A DNA stretch of 58,541 nt, from assembly GCA_003697125.1 (NCBI GenBank), contig RFGB01000186.1, positions 1-58,541 of the forward strand, written 5' to 3'. Every line of letters starts with the position of its first letter. Position 1 is the first letter of the stretch. Positions 38,398 to 48,588 of the stretch are shown here, piece by piece. The DNA comes from Alphaproteobacteria bacterium (GTDB lineage: Bacteria > Pseudomonadota > Alphaproteobacteria > Rhodobacterales > Rhodobacteraceae). The notes below the pieces were generated by a model that saw only the letters and a list, made by a program, of their open reading frames with translations, made no database searches and had not been told where the DNA came from. Both the position numbers and the translations under genes were made by a program.

Positions 38398-39408
38398 ATG
38401 ATTCCCAGCGCGCCCCCGCCCGGAGAGCGTCCCGCGCCGCGCTACTCGGCGATCGAGCGGGCGCTTGCCGATGCGATCGGCGCGGCCCGGCTGCCCCCCG
38501 GCACGGTGCTGACCGAGGAGCCCCTGGCGCGGCTCTTCGGTACCAGCCGCACCCCGGTGCGCACCGCGCTGGCCGAGCTGGAGGCGCGCGGGCTGCTCGG
38601 GCGGTTCGAGGGGCGCGGCTATGTGGTCGCCGGCGGCCCGCCGCGCCGGCTGCGGCTGACGCGCGACCTCCTCGGCCTGCCCGATCCCCCCAGCGCCCCG
38701 CAGCCGGGCAGCGCCGAGCGCATCGCCCGCGACTTCGAGGCGGCGATCGCCAGCGCCCTGCCCTTCGGGCTCTACCGGATCAGCGAACAGGCGGTCGCCG
38801 ACCATTACGGCGTCAGCCGCACCGTGGTGCGCGAGCTGCTCTCGCGCCTGCAGGATCGCGGGCTGGTGCGCAAGGATCTGCGCTCGCACTGGGTGGTGGG
38901 GCCGCTGACCGCCCGCGACGTGGGGCACTACTTCTCGATCCGGCGCCAGCTGGAACCCCTCGCCCTGACCGACAGCGCGCCCCGCATGCCCGCGGCCGAG
39001 ATCCGCGCGATGTGGCAGCGCCTGGAGGCGGCGATGGCCGAGGCGCCCGATGCCCTGCAGGGCCGCCTTGCCGCCGAACGGATCGCCGCGCTGGAGGAGG
39101 ACATCCACATCCGCCTTCTGGCCCGCAGCCCCAATCCGCATCTGCTGCGCATGATCCACCAGAGCCAGATCGCCCTGACCGTCAACAGCGTCTTCGCCAG
39201 CTTCGTCGGCGCCCGGCCGTTCGGGCTGGCGCTGCGCGAACATGCCATCGTGCTGGAATTCGTCATGCGCGGCGCCCATCAGGCGGCGGCGGCGGCGCTG
39301 GAGGAACATCTGCGGCTGTCGGCCGAACGCACCCGCCAGCGGCTGATGGCGATCAGCGTCTTTCCCAGGCCGGAGCTGCCCGCCTATCTGATCCGGCAGA
39401 AGCGCTGA
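38398..39408 (+). CDS. GntR-family regulator with two tandem winged-HTH domains and an FCD effector domain
   Basis: First wHTH: LTEEPLARLFGTSRTPVRTALAELEARGLL. Second wHTH: ISEQAVADHYGVSRTVVRELLSRLQDRGLV. Then an FCD-like helical domain (EDIHIRLLARSPNPHLLRMI). The internal ATG at 38398 was chosen. Confidence 0.82.
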   Translation: MIPSAPPPGERPAPRYSAIERALADAIGAARLPPGTVLTEEPLARLFGTSRTPVRTALAELEARGLLGRFEGRGYVVAGGPPRRLRLTRDLLGLPDPPSAPQPGSAERIARDFEAAIASALPFGLYRISEQAVADHYGVSRTVVRELLSRLQDRGLVRKDLRSHWVVGPLTARDVGHYFSIRRQLEPLALTDSAPRMPAAEIRAMWQRLEAAMAEAPDALQGRLAAERIAALEEDIHIRLLARSPNPHLLRMIHQSQIALTVNSVFASFVGARPFGLALREHAIVLEFVMRGAHQAAAAALEEHLRLSAERTRQRLMAISVFPRPELPAYLIRQKR

Positions 39409-39413
39409 CACCC

Positions 39414-40613
39414 TCATCCCCCGATCGCCCAGTCCCAGCCGCGGACCAGGTAGTTGTGTTCGCACATCACCGTGTCCCACACGACCACCCGCGACATGCG
39501 CGCGGAATAGTCGCCCCCCTCGCGGCTGTCGCCGGGGCCGAAGATGACCCGCCCCCAGGGGTCGCGGATGTCGCAGGCGGCGGGCTGCCCGCCATACCAG
39601 AAGTCCCATTCCGCCGCCGTCAGGCAGCGCCGCACCGTCTCGGGATTGGCCATGTAGGCCCCGGCGCGGGCCATGATCGCCCCGGCCCGGCCGTCGAGCC
39701 ACCAGTTCAGATAGTCATAGGCCGCATCCAGCGCCCATCCCGCCAGCGTCACCGACAGGCCCAGCCCGCCGAACCAGCCCCGATAGCCCTCGCGCGGGGT
39801 GGCCATGGCGACTGCAACCCCCTCGGCGCGCAGCCGCGTCACCCCGGACCACCACAGCGAGCCGATCATCGGCCCGCCCCCGCGCAACGCCGCCAGCGCC
39901 TCCTCCTCGTCGGTCCAGAAACAGCGGAAATGGCCCGCCACCCGCAGCGCGTGCAGCCGGTCGACCAGGGCGTCGATCTCCTCCAGCGTCAGGTCGCCCA
40001 GATCGCCGGGATGCATCTGGCCGCGCGCCTGCAGCGCCAGCAGCATGTCCAGCGACCCGATCGCGGCATCGGCCTGCAGAACCACCCGCCCCGCCCAGGC
40101 CGGGTCCAGCAGGTCGCCCCAGCTGGTCACCCCGGCCGGATCCGCCCCGACCACCGCGAAGCCGTCGGCATTGTGCACGGTGGGCAGCATGCTGATGCGG
40201 TCCGATTCGCTGTCGCCCAGGCTGCCATCCAGCTGCACAAACAGCCGGCGCGAGGGATCGCCGCCCCGCGCCCGCGGCCGGTCGGGGGCGATGCGCCCGG
40301 TGCGCGGCAGGGCGTTGATCTCGTCCCAGCGGGTGATGCGCGCCACCTCGATCGGCTGGATCGATCCGGCCGGCCAGATCAGGTCGATGTCGTGGAACCA
40401 CTGGTCGTAGACGTCGAAGCTGTCGGGGGACAGCGCGCCGCGGCGCTGCGCCGCGCTGCCGTCGAGGGTGATGAACTCGAAGTCCAGCCCCAGATCCTCA
40501 GCCGCCGCGCGGGTGACCGGGCGGATCTGGGTGACCGAGGTGCCCAGCACCCTGAGCGGCGCCCGCGGGCGCCGCACCGGGGGCGCGGCCAGCGCTGCGG
40601 CCTGGCCGGCCAT
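39414..40613 (-). CDS. PotD/PotF-type binding-protein paralog lacking an export signal
   Basis: 399 aa, clearly homologous to the 32580-33803 protein (PREGYRGWFGGLGL vs PKEGYRAWSIGISL; FWYGGQP vs FWYEGKP). It starts directly at the mature domain (MAGQAAALAAPPVRRPRAPLRVLGTSV), 5 nt after the pxpC-like stop. Confidence 0.8.
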   Translation of the reverse strand: MAGQAAALAAPPVRRPRAPLRVLGTSVTQIRPVTRAAAEDLGLDFEFITLDGSAAQRRGALSPDSFDVYDQWFHDIDLIWPAGSIQPIEVARITRWDEINALPRTGRIAPDRPRARGGDPSRRLFVQLDGSLGDSESDRISMLPTVHNADGFAVVGADPAGVTSWGDLLDPAWAGRVVLQADAAIGSLDMLLALQARGQMHPGDLGDLTLEEIDALVDRLHALRVAGHFRCFWTDEEEALAALRGGGPMIGSLWWSGVTRLRAEGVAVAMATPREGYRGWFGGLGLSVTLAGWALDAAYDYLNWWLDGRAGAIMARAGAYMANPETVRRCLTAAEWDFWYGGQPAACDIRDPWGRVIFGPGDSREGGDYSARMSRVVVWDTVMCEHNYLVRGWDWAIGG

Positions 40614-40618
40614 CCCTG

Positions 40619-41590
40619 TCAGGCGAGCGCGGCGCGGATGCGCGCCATCAGCGCGGCCCGTTCCCGGCGGGCGGCCAGCGCCTCCTCCATCCCCACCTGG
40701 CGGAACCGCACCGGCATGTGCGGCTGCAGCTGGCCGATCAGGTCCATGTCGGCCGAGATCACCGTGCCGATCATGAAATACCCCCCGCCCGAGACAGCGT
40801 CGCGGTGCAGCACGATGGGCTCGGTGCCGCCGGGCACCTGGATCGAGCCGTAGGGATAGCAGGCATCGGTGATGTTGGAGGGGTCCGAGCCCGCCCCGAA
40901 GGGCTGCCGGCGCGGCACGAATTCCAGCGGCCGGCCCCCGCGGAAGCGGTAGCCCATGCGGTCCGCCTCAAGCGCCACCTTCCATTCGTCCTCGAAGAAG
41001 GCGCGCTGCGAATCCCCGGTGATGCGGTGCCAGTAGAGCCCCGGCAGCACGCGCAGCTCGCAGGGGCTGGCGGGCAGCCGCCTGAGCGCCTCGGGCACGG
41101 TCAGGCCCGGGCGCGCGGCATTGCCCGGCCCCAGCGGCAGCCGGTCGCCCGCCGCGATGGCCCGCCCCTGGACGCCGCCCAGCGCGCCGATGGCATAGGT
41201 GGAGCGCGAGCCCAGATGCGGCGGCGTGGCGATGCCGCCCGACACCGCGACATAGGCCCGTGCGCCGGCCCTGAGATAGCCGAAGCCGAGGCGCTGTCCC
41301 GCCCGGACCGGGATCGCCGACCAGCCGGGCTGTTCCTCGCCGTCGAGGAGGACCGGCAGGTCCGCCCCGGTCACCGCCACGGTGGCATCGGTGGTGAATT
41401 CCAGCTCGGGGCCCATGAACACCGCCTCCAGCCCCGCGGCATCCTCGGGATTGCCGACCAGCAGATTGGCCGCGCGCAGCGCCAGCCGGTCCATCGCGCC
41501 GCCCATGGGTATGCCCAGATGGAAGTATCCCGGGCGCCCCAGGTCCTGGATGGTGGTCAGAAGTCCGGGCTTGATGACGTCAATTGCCAT
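40619..41590 (-). CDS. PxpC/KipA-family protein (biotin-dependent carboxyltransferase family; allophanate hydrolase subunit 2 domain)
   Basis: MAIDVIKPGLLTTIQDLGRPGYFHLGIPMGGAMDRLALRAANLLVGN is the AHS2/CT_A_B N-terminal signature; 323 aa. Confidence 0.88.
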   Translation of the reverse strand: MAIDVIKPGLLTTIQDLGRPGYFHLGIPMGGAMDRLALRAANLLVGNPEDAAGLEAVFMGPELEFTTDATVAVTGADLPVLLDGEEQPGWSAIPVRAGQRLGFGYLRAGARAYVAVSGGIATPPHLGSRSTYAIGALGGVQGRAIAAGDRLPLGPGNAARPGLTVPEALRRLPASPCELRVLPGLYWHRITGDSQRAFFEDEWKVALEADRMGYRFRGGRPLEFVPRRQPFGAGSDPSNITDACYPYGSIQVPGGTEPIVLHRDAVSGGGYFMIGTVISADMDLIGQLQPHMPVRFRQVGMEEALAARRERAALMARIRAALA

Positions 41591-42452
41591 TCAGGGCCTC
41601 CATCAGCCGCGCGTTGGTCCCGTCGATGTCCGCACTCCATTGGGCAAGATCGAAATCGACCTTCGCCATCCGCGGCGCCCAGCGCCCGGCCTCGATCTCG
41701 GCGGCGATGTGGTCGTGCTCCTCGCGGCCGATCGGCCGCCACCGGACGATGTCGCCGGGATTGAACAGCACCATGAAGTCGCGCAGATAGCTCACCGTCT
41801 GGGTCGGATCGTAGATCGGCATCGGCGTGATGCCGAACATCTGGTATCCGCCCGCCCCGCGCACGGAATAGATGCAGCCGAAGCAGCCGCCATGGCCCAC
41901 GGTCTGCTTTGGCGTATCGGTGCGCGGGCGCAGGTATTTCGGCACCTCGAGCTGACGTTCGCGTTCGACCAGCTGATAGAGGAAGGGCAGCCCGGCGACG
42001 AATCCGACCATCGAGACGAACCAGGGCGCGGAATGATGCCTTTCGATGAAGGCATCGGCGTCCGGCAGGCCGTTCACGCGGGCGGCATAGTCGAGATCGG
42101 TGCCCGAGGGGTCCTGATGGCGTTCGCGGAAGCGCATCAGCGTCTCGTGCGTCCAGGGGTCGCGGTAGAAGACCGGCACCTCGATGATGCGGGTGGTCAG
42201 CCGCTGGGGCGCGCTCTCGGCGGCGCTTTCCAGCGCCTTCAGCTCGGCCAGCATCGCGTCGGGGGCGATGACGTCGGGATCGAAGCGCACCTGGAACGAG
42301 GCATTGGCGGGGCAGATCTCGGTGACGCCGCGGATCTGCGCCTCGCGCACCGCCTTGGTGATCGACAGGCTCTTGAAGAAGGCGTCGAGCGACATCTCCT
42401 CGTCGATCTCGACGAAGATGTGCTCGTCGCCGCCGAAGGAATATCGGGTCAT
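41580..42452 (-). CDS. PxpB/KipI-family protein (allophanate hydrolase subunit 1 domain), long form
   Basis: 290 aa with AHS1/CT_C_D-like sequence (EICPANASFQVRFD...MVGFVAGLPFLY...GGYQMFGITP). The ATG follows GGGAGG, and its end overlaps the next gene by 11 nt. Confidence 0.82.
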   Translation of the reverse strand: MTRYSFGGDEHIFVEIDEEMSLDAFFKSLSITKAVREAQIRGVTEICPANASFQVRFDPDVIAPDAMLAELKALESAAESAPQRLTTRIIEVPVFYRDPWTHETLMRFRERHQDPSGTDLDYAARVNGLPDADAFIERHHSAPWFVSMVGFVAGLPFLYQLVERERQLEVPKYLRPRTDTPKQTVGHGGCFGCIYSVRGAGGYQMFGITPMPIYDPTQTVSYLRDFMVLFNPGDIVRWRPIGREEHDHIAAEIEAGRWAPRMAKVDFDLAQWSADIDGTNARLMEALNGN

Positions 42453-42469
42453 GAAGGCGGCCTCCCTGG

Positions 42470-43831
<1,362 letters not shown>

Positions 43832-43842
43832 CGCCGCGCCCC

Positions 43843-44079
43843 TCAATCCATTTCCGCCAGGACCGCGCCGGCCATCACCGGCTCCTCGTTCTCGACGCGG
43901 AAGCGCAGGTTGCTGCCGGCCTCCTCGGCCTTGACCTCGTGGAAGGTCTTCATCACCTCGACCAGCCCGATCACCTGGCCCGCCGCGACGCTGCCGCCAT
44001 CCTCGACGAAGGGCGGCTGGTCGGGGGCGGGGCGGCGGTAGAAGGTGCCGGGCAGGGGCGAGCGGATTTCCTTTGCCAT
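43843..44079 (-). CDS. Short biotin carboxyl carrier protein (biotinyl domain only, 78 aa)
   Basis: MAKEIRSPLPGTFYRRP...GQVIGLVEVMKTFHEVKA contains the biotinyl-lysine motif (E-V-M-K). It lacks the N-terminal half and linker of housekeeping AccB. Confidence 0.88.
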   Translation of the reverse strand: MAKEIRSPLPGTFYRRPAPDQPPFVEDGGSVAAGQVIGLVEVMKTFHEVKAEEAGSNLRFRVENEEPVMAGAVLAEMD

Positions 44080-44109
44080 GGGCGGGTTCCCTTTCGGCTG
44101 TGCTGAGGT

Positions 44110-44889
44110 TCAGTCGATCTCGAGATCCATCGGCGCGGCGATGGTGATGCCGGCCTCCAGCAGCGCCTCGCGCACCGCGCGCCCGATCGCCAGCGCGCCG
44201 GGCGTGTCGGAATGGAAGCAGATCGATTCGAAGGCGATGTCGATGTCGTCGCCCTCGACGGTGCGCACCTTGCCCTCGCGACAGGCGCGCACGCATTTCG
44301 CCGCCACCTCGGCGGGGTCGAGCGGGCGCATCCGCCGCGCGAAGACGATCGAGCCCGAGCGGTCGTAGTCGCGGTCGGCATAGAATTCGCGGATCACCGG
44401 CTGGCCCATCTCGGCGGCGATGCGGGCGGTCTCGGAGATGTGCATGCAGTAGACAAAGAGCTCCGGCCCGGTGCGCTGCAGCGCCTCGATCATGAGCGCC
44501 GACAGCTCGGCATCGCGGGCGGCGGTCATGTACAGCGCGCCATGCGGCTTGACATGCTGCAACGCCACCCCGTGGCGGCGGCCGAACTCGCGCAGCGCGC
44601 CCAGCTGATACAGGATGTCGTTGACCAGCTCCTCGGGCCGGGCGGCAATCGTGCGCCGGCCGAAGCCGCGCAGGTCCTGATAGCCGGGATGCGCGCCCAG
44701 ACCCACGCCATGTTCCGCGGCCAGCCGCACCACGCGATCCATGATCGAGGGATCGCCCGCATGGAAGCCGGTGGCGACATTGGCCGAGGAGACGATCGGC
44801 ATCAGCGCCTCGTCGGGCGCCTCGCCCAGGGTCCAGTGGCCGAAGCCCTCGCCCATGTCGCAGTTCAGATCGACCGATGCCCGGTACAT
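44110..44889 (-). CDS. LamB/YcsF (PxpA) family protein
   Basis: [19 protein letters not shown]...[14 protein letters not shown]...LGAHPGY...[11 protein letters not shown] is the LamB_YcsF signature. The ATG follows GGGGAGGAAG. Confidence 0.9.
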   Translation of the reverse strand: MYRASVDLNCDMGEGFGHWTLGEAPDEALMPIVSSANVATGFHAGDPSIMDRVVRLAAEHGVGLGAHPGYQDLRGFGRRTIAARPEELVNDILYQLGALREFGRRHGVALQHVKPHGALYMTAARDAELSALMIEALQRTGPELFVYCMHISETARIAAEMGQPVIREFYADRDYDRSGSIVFARRMRPLDPAEVAAKCVRACREGKVRTVEGDDIDIAFESICFHSDTPGALAIGRAVREALLEAGITIAAPMDLEID

Positions 44890-44965
44890 CGCTTCCTCCC
44901 CTGTCGGCACGGGATGCTGCATCGCTTCAGCGCCCCGCAGAAGTTCTTTTTTCGCTGGCCGCGAT

Positions 44966-44980
44966 ATCGGTTTTTCTGAT
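44966..44980. promoter_or_regulatory. Candidate LysR-type T-N11-A site (ATC-N9-GAT dyad)
   Basis: ATCGGTTTTTCTGAT in the 104-nt divergent spacer, 77-91 nt upstream of the pxpA-like ATG and just upstream of the lysR ATG. Confidence 0.35.
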
Positions 44981-44993
44981 AATGCCGCCGGGC

Positions 44994-45908
44994 ATGAGCT
45001 TCAACCTGCGGCATCTGAAGTATTTCATCGCCACCGCCGAGCTGGGCCAGGTCAGCCGCGCGGCGGTGGAGCTGTCGGTCAGCCAGTCGGCGGTGACCAC
45101 GGCGATCCGCGAGATCGAGGCCCGGCTGGGCGCCCGGCTGTTCGACCGTTCGGCCCATGGCATGGTGCCGACCGAGACCGGCCGGCGCTTCCTGTCCGCG
45201 GCGCGCGACATCCTGCACAAGGTGGACGAGGCGCTGCAGCTGGCCGCCGCGCCCGAGGTCGAGGGCAGCCTGACGGTGGGGGCCACCTACACGGTGATCG
45301 GCTATTTCCTGCCCCATCACCTGGAGCGTCTGGCCAGCGCCCTGCCCGGCCTGTCGCTGCGCCTGCACGAGATGACGCGCGAGATGATCGAGGAGGCGCT
45401 GATCGCCGGGCGGATCGACATCGCGGTGGCGCTGACCTCGAACATCACCGATCCCGAGCTGGAGACCGAGACGCTGATCCGCTCGACCCGGCGGCTGTGG
45501 ACCGCCTCGCGCCATCCGCTGGCGCGGCCGGGGGTCGGGCTGGCCGAGGTGGCGCGCGAGCCCTATGTGATGCTGACGGTGGACGAGGCCGCCCACACCG
45601 CCATGCGCTACTGGTCGGCCACGCCCTGGCGGCCGCGGGTGGTGCTGCGCACCTCCTCGGTCGAGGCGGTGCGCAGCCTGGTCGCCGGCGGGCAGGGGGT
45701 GTCGATCCTGTCGGACATGGTCTACCGGCCCTGGTCGCTGGAGGGGCGGCGGCTCGAGGCGGTCGATCTGGCCGATCCGATCCCGCCGATGGATGTCGGG
45801 CTGGTCTGGCGACGGGGCATCGAGTTCTCGCCCCAGATGGCCGCCTTCCGCGATCACTTCCGCGCCCGCTTCCACGGCCCGCAGCTTCCCGGCGGCCGCG
45901 CCGGCTGA
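44994..45908 (+). CDS. LysR-family transcriptional regulator
   Basis: [52 protein letters not shown] is a LysR HTH followed by a substrate-binding domain. It is divergent from the carboxylase operon. Confidence 0.9.
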   Translation: MSFNLRHLKYFIATAELGQVSRAAVELSVSQSAVTTAIREIEARLGARLFDRSAHGMVPTETGRRFLSAARDILHKVDEALQLAAAPEVEGSLTVGATYTVIGYFLPHHLERLASALPGLSLRLHEMTREMIEEALIAGRIDIAVALTSNITDPELETETLIRSTRRLWTASRHPLARPGVGLAEVAREPYVMLTVDEAAHTAMRYWSATPWRPRVVLRTSSVEAVRSLVAGGQGVSILSDMVYRPWSLEGRRLEAVDLADPIPPMDVGLVWRRGIEFSPQMAAFRDHFRARFHGPQLPGGRAG

Positions 45909-45921
45909 ACGCCGTCGCGCC

Positions 45922-47412
45922 TCAGGGGTCAAGCCAGCTGTCCGCATCCGACAGCGGCACCTGGAAGCGGCTGGCGGGCCGGGTGCGCGCGCCCCACGCG
46001 CGCAGCACCGCCTTCTCGGCCGCGCGGGCATCGACCTCGCGCCGGATCACGGCGGGATCCCACCCCGCCAGCACCCGCGCGGACAGGGCCGCGCGCAGCC
46101 CCGCATGGGGCGGGCTGTCCCACAGGTCGCGGGTCTCGTCGGGATCGGCGGCCAGATCGAACAGCATCGGGCGATGCCCCTCGACATGGACATATTTCCA
46201 CCGCCCCGCGCGGATCATGCGCTGGGTGGTGGGCTCGCGCCCGGTCCAGACCGAGGCGGTGTCGGTGACGTATTCGCAGAAGGTCTCGTCCAGCCAGGGC
46301 GCGGCGGGATCGCGGGCGATGCCCAGCAGGCTGCGCCCGTGCGAGCGCGGCAGGGGCGGCGCGCCGGCGGCATCGATCAGCGTCGCGCCGACATCGATCA
46401 GGTTGACCACCCTGTCGCAGCGCGCCCCTTCCGGCAGCCGCCCCGGCCAAGCGAGGATCAGCGGGATGCCGGCCGATTCCTCGAACATGGTGTTCTTCCA
46501 CCACAGCCCGCGTTCGCCGGCATGTTCCCCGTGATCCGAGGCATAGACGATCAGGGTGTTGTCGCAAAGCCCGGCGTCGCGCAGCGCGGCCAGCACCTGG
46601 CCGATGCGCCGGTCCAGCGCATGGACAAGCCCCCAATAGGCGGTGCGGGCGCGCAGCACCGCCTGGGGATCGCCCTCGGTGCAGCCCTCGGCCCGCCAGC
46701 GGGCGACCCAGGGATGTTCCCGCGCGGGCGGGGCCAGCCGCGGCGGCCCGATGCGCCCGGCAAAGCGGTCGTAATCCGCCGGGCGGGCGACGAAGGGGCA
46801 ATGCGGCAGGATGAAGCCCACCTGCATCATGAAGGGCGTGTCGTCGCCCGCCGCGCGCGCCCGGCCCAGCTCGGCCAGCCGTGCACAGGCCAGCCGCGCG
46901 GTCAGCTCGTCCACCACCTCATAGCCCGACTGCCCCCGCCCCGACAGGGCGAGCGCGCGCGCCAGCCCGCCGGGGCCGGGGCCGCTCGGCCCCTGGGCCC
47001 CGGCCAGCGGCCCCAGCCGCTGGCGCTCCACCCCCAGCCAGTTCGGCGCGCAGTCGCCGGACAGCCGCTCGGCGAAGCCGTGCAGCTGGTCGGGACCGAT
47101 CAGATGCATCCGCCCCACGCAGATCGTGCGCCAGCCCGCCGCGCCCAGCGCATGGGGATAGCCCGGCAGGTCGGGGGCCAGCGCGTCTTCCAGCGTCCAG
47201 CAGGCCTGCTCGTGGGGCCAGCGCCCGGTCAGCAGCGACATGCGCGATGGCGTGCAGATCGGCGCGGGGCAGCAGGCATTGGTGAAGGTGACCCCGCGCG
47301 CGGCCAGCGCGTCGAGATGGGGCGTCGCCCCGTGCGGGTCGCCATAGGCGCCGCAGACCCGGCGGGCGTGCTGGTCCGAGAACAGGAACAGCATGTCGGG
47401 CGGGCGGGGCAT
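45922..47412 (-). CDS. Sulfatase (Cys-type formylglycine family), no signal peptide
   Basis: MPRPPDMLFLFSDQHAR...CTPSRMSLLTGRWPHE carries the CxPxR-xxxLTGR sulfatase signature; 496 aa. Confidence 0.88.
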   Translation of the reverse strand: MPRPPDMLFLFSDQHARRVCGAYGDPHGATPHLDALAARGVTFTNACCPAPICTPSRMSLLTGRWPHEQACWTLEDALAPDLPGYPHALGAAGWRTICVGRMHLIGPDQLHGFAERLSGDCAPNWLGVERQRLGPLAGAQGPSGPGPGGLARALALSGRGQSGYEVVDELTARLACARLAELGRARAAGDDTPFMMQVGFILPHCPFVARPADYDRFAGRIGPPRLAPPAREHPWVARWRAEGCTEGDPQAVLRARTAYWGLVHALDRRIGQVLAALRDAGLCDNTLIVYASDHGEHAGERGLWWKNTMFEESAGIPLILAWPGRLPEGARCDRVVNLIDVGATLIDAAGAPPLPRSHGRSLLGIARDPAAPWLDETFCEYVTDTASVWTGREPTTQRMIRAGRWKYVHVEGHRPMLFDLAADPDETRDLWDSPPHAGLRAALSARVLAGWDPAVIRREVDARAAEKAVLRAWGARTRPASRFQVPLSDADSWLDP

Positions 47413-47415
47413 CGT

Positions 47416-48588
47416 TCAGTCCAGCGGCGGGGTGCGATAGAGCGTCCGGCCCCCGATGCGGATCTCGACCTGCTGGAGATAGGGGGCGAGCGCGGCGGTG
47501 TTCACCTCGACCCCCAGACCCGGCGCGTCGGGGGCGCGGATCGCGCCATCCGCGATGGGCAGCGGCGCGACCGGCACCGCCCGGGCCAGGGCGCTGGGCC
47601 GGGCGGGGTATTCGCAGATGTCATGGCGCGACAGTCCGGCATAGGGCTGCAGCGAGGCCGACAGGGCCAGATGGGTGGTGAAGCAGTGATTGACATAGAC
47701 CGCCCCGCGGGCATCGGCGTGGCGGGCCGCGGCATGGGCCGGGCCGATGCCGCCGATGCGGCCGGTGTCGATCTGCAGGAAGCGCACCCGGCCGTAATCG
47801 ACGACATGGCGCGCCATGGCGAGGTTGTGCGCCGCCTCGCCCCCGGCCAGACCCACCGGGCTCTGCGCGGCCAGCGCGGCATAGGCCTCGTAGGCATGGG
47901 CGGCGAAGGGCTCCTCCAGCCACAGCGCGCCGGCGGCCCGAAGCGCGGGCAGGCGCGCCGCCGCGGCGGCGACATCCTCGCCGAAGACCTGGCCCGCATC
48001 GACCATCAGCAGCCCGTCGCCGCCGATCCCCTCGCGCGCGGCGGCGAACTGGTCGGCATCCGCCCGGGCGCTGCCGGTGCCGATCGGCCCCCAGCCCAGC
48101 TTGACCGCCGTGAAGCCTTGCGCCCTGGCCTCGCGGCAGCGCGCGCGGGTCTCTTCGGGCGTGTCGCCGAACAAGAGCGAGGCATAGGGCCGCTTCGGCG
48201 CGCTGTGGCGATGGCCCAGCAGCCGCCAGACCGGCTCGCCATGGCGGCGGCCCAGCAGGTCCCACAACGCGGTCTCGAGCCCCGACAGGGTATGGGGCGC
48301 CTGCAGCAGGTCCATGCTGTTGCGCGCCACCCTGACCGCGATGGCGGCGATGTCGGCGGGCGAGTCGAGCCGCGCCCCCAGCACCGAGGCCGCGACCGGC
48401 TGGCAGGCGCCATGGGACATCGGACAGACGAAGGCGGCGATGGAGGGCAGCGGCGCGGCCTCGCATTCGCCCCAGCCGACATGGCCCCCCGCCGCGACCC
48501 GGACCAGAAGCGCATCCTGGCTGCCATCCGCGGCCGCCGTCACCTCGGGCATCGCGAGATAGAAGAAGTCGACCGCCTCGATCCTCAT
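47416..48588 (-). CDS. Enolase-superfamily enzyme (mandelate racemase / muconate lactonizing family, MR-like subgroup)
   Basis: 390 aa. Metal-ligand region MVDAG / LEEP / GGE, strand-6 motif LQIDTGRIGG and a following His (VNHCF), as in acid-sugar-dehydratase-type members. Confidence 0.85.
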   Translation of the reverse strand: MRIEAVDFFYLAMPEVTAAADGSQDALLVRVAAGGHVGWGECEAAPLPSIAAFVCPMSHGACQPVAASVLGARLDSPADIAAIAVRVARNSMDLLQAPHTLSGLETALWDLLGRRHGEPVWRLLGHRHSAPKRPYASLLFGDTPEETRARCREARAQGFTAVKLGWGPIGTGSARADADQFAAAREGIGGDGLLMVDAGQVFGEDVAAAAARLPALRAAGALWLEEPFAAHAYEAYAALAAQSPVGLAGGEAAHNLAMARHVVDYGRVRFLQIDTGRIGGIGPAHAAARHADARGAVYVNHCFTTHLALSASLQPYAGLSRHDICEYPARPSALARAVPVAPLPIADGAIRAPDAPGLGVEVNTAALAPYLQQVEIRIGGRTLYRTPPLD

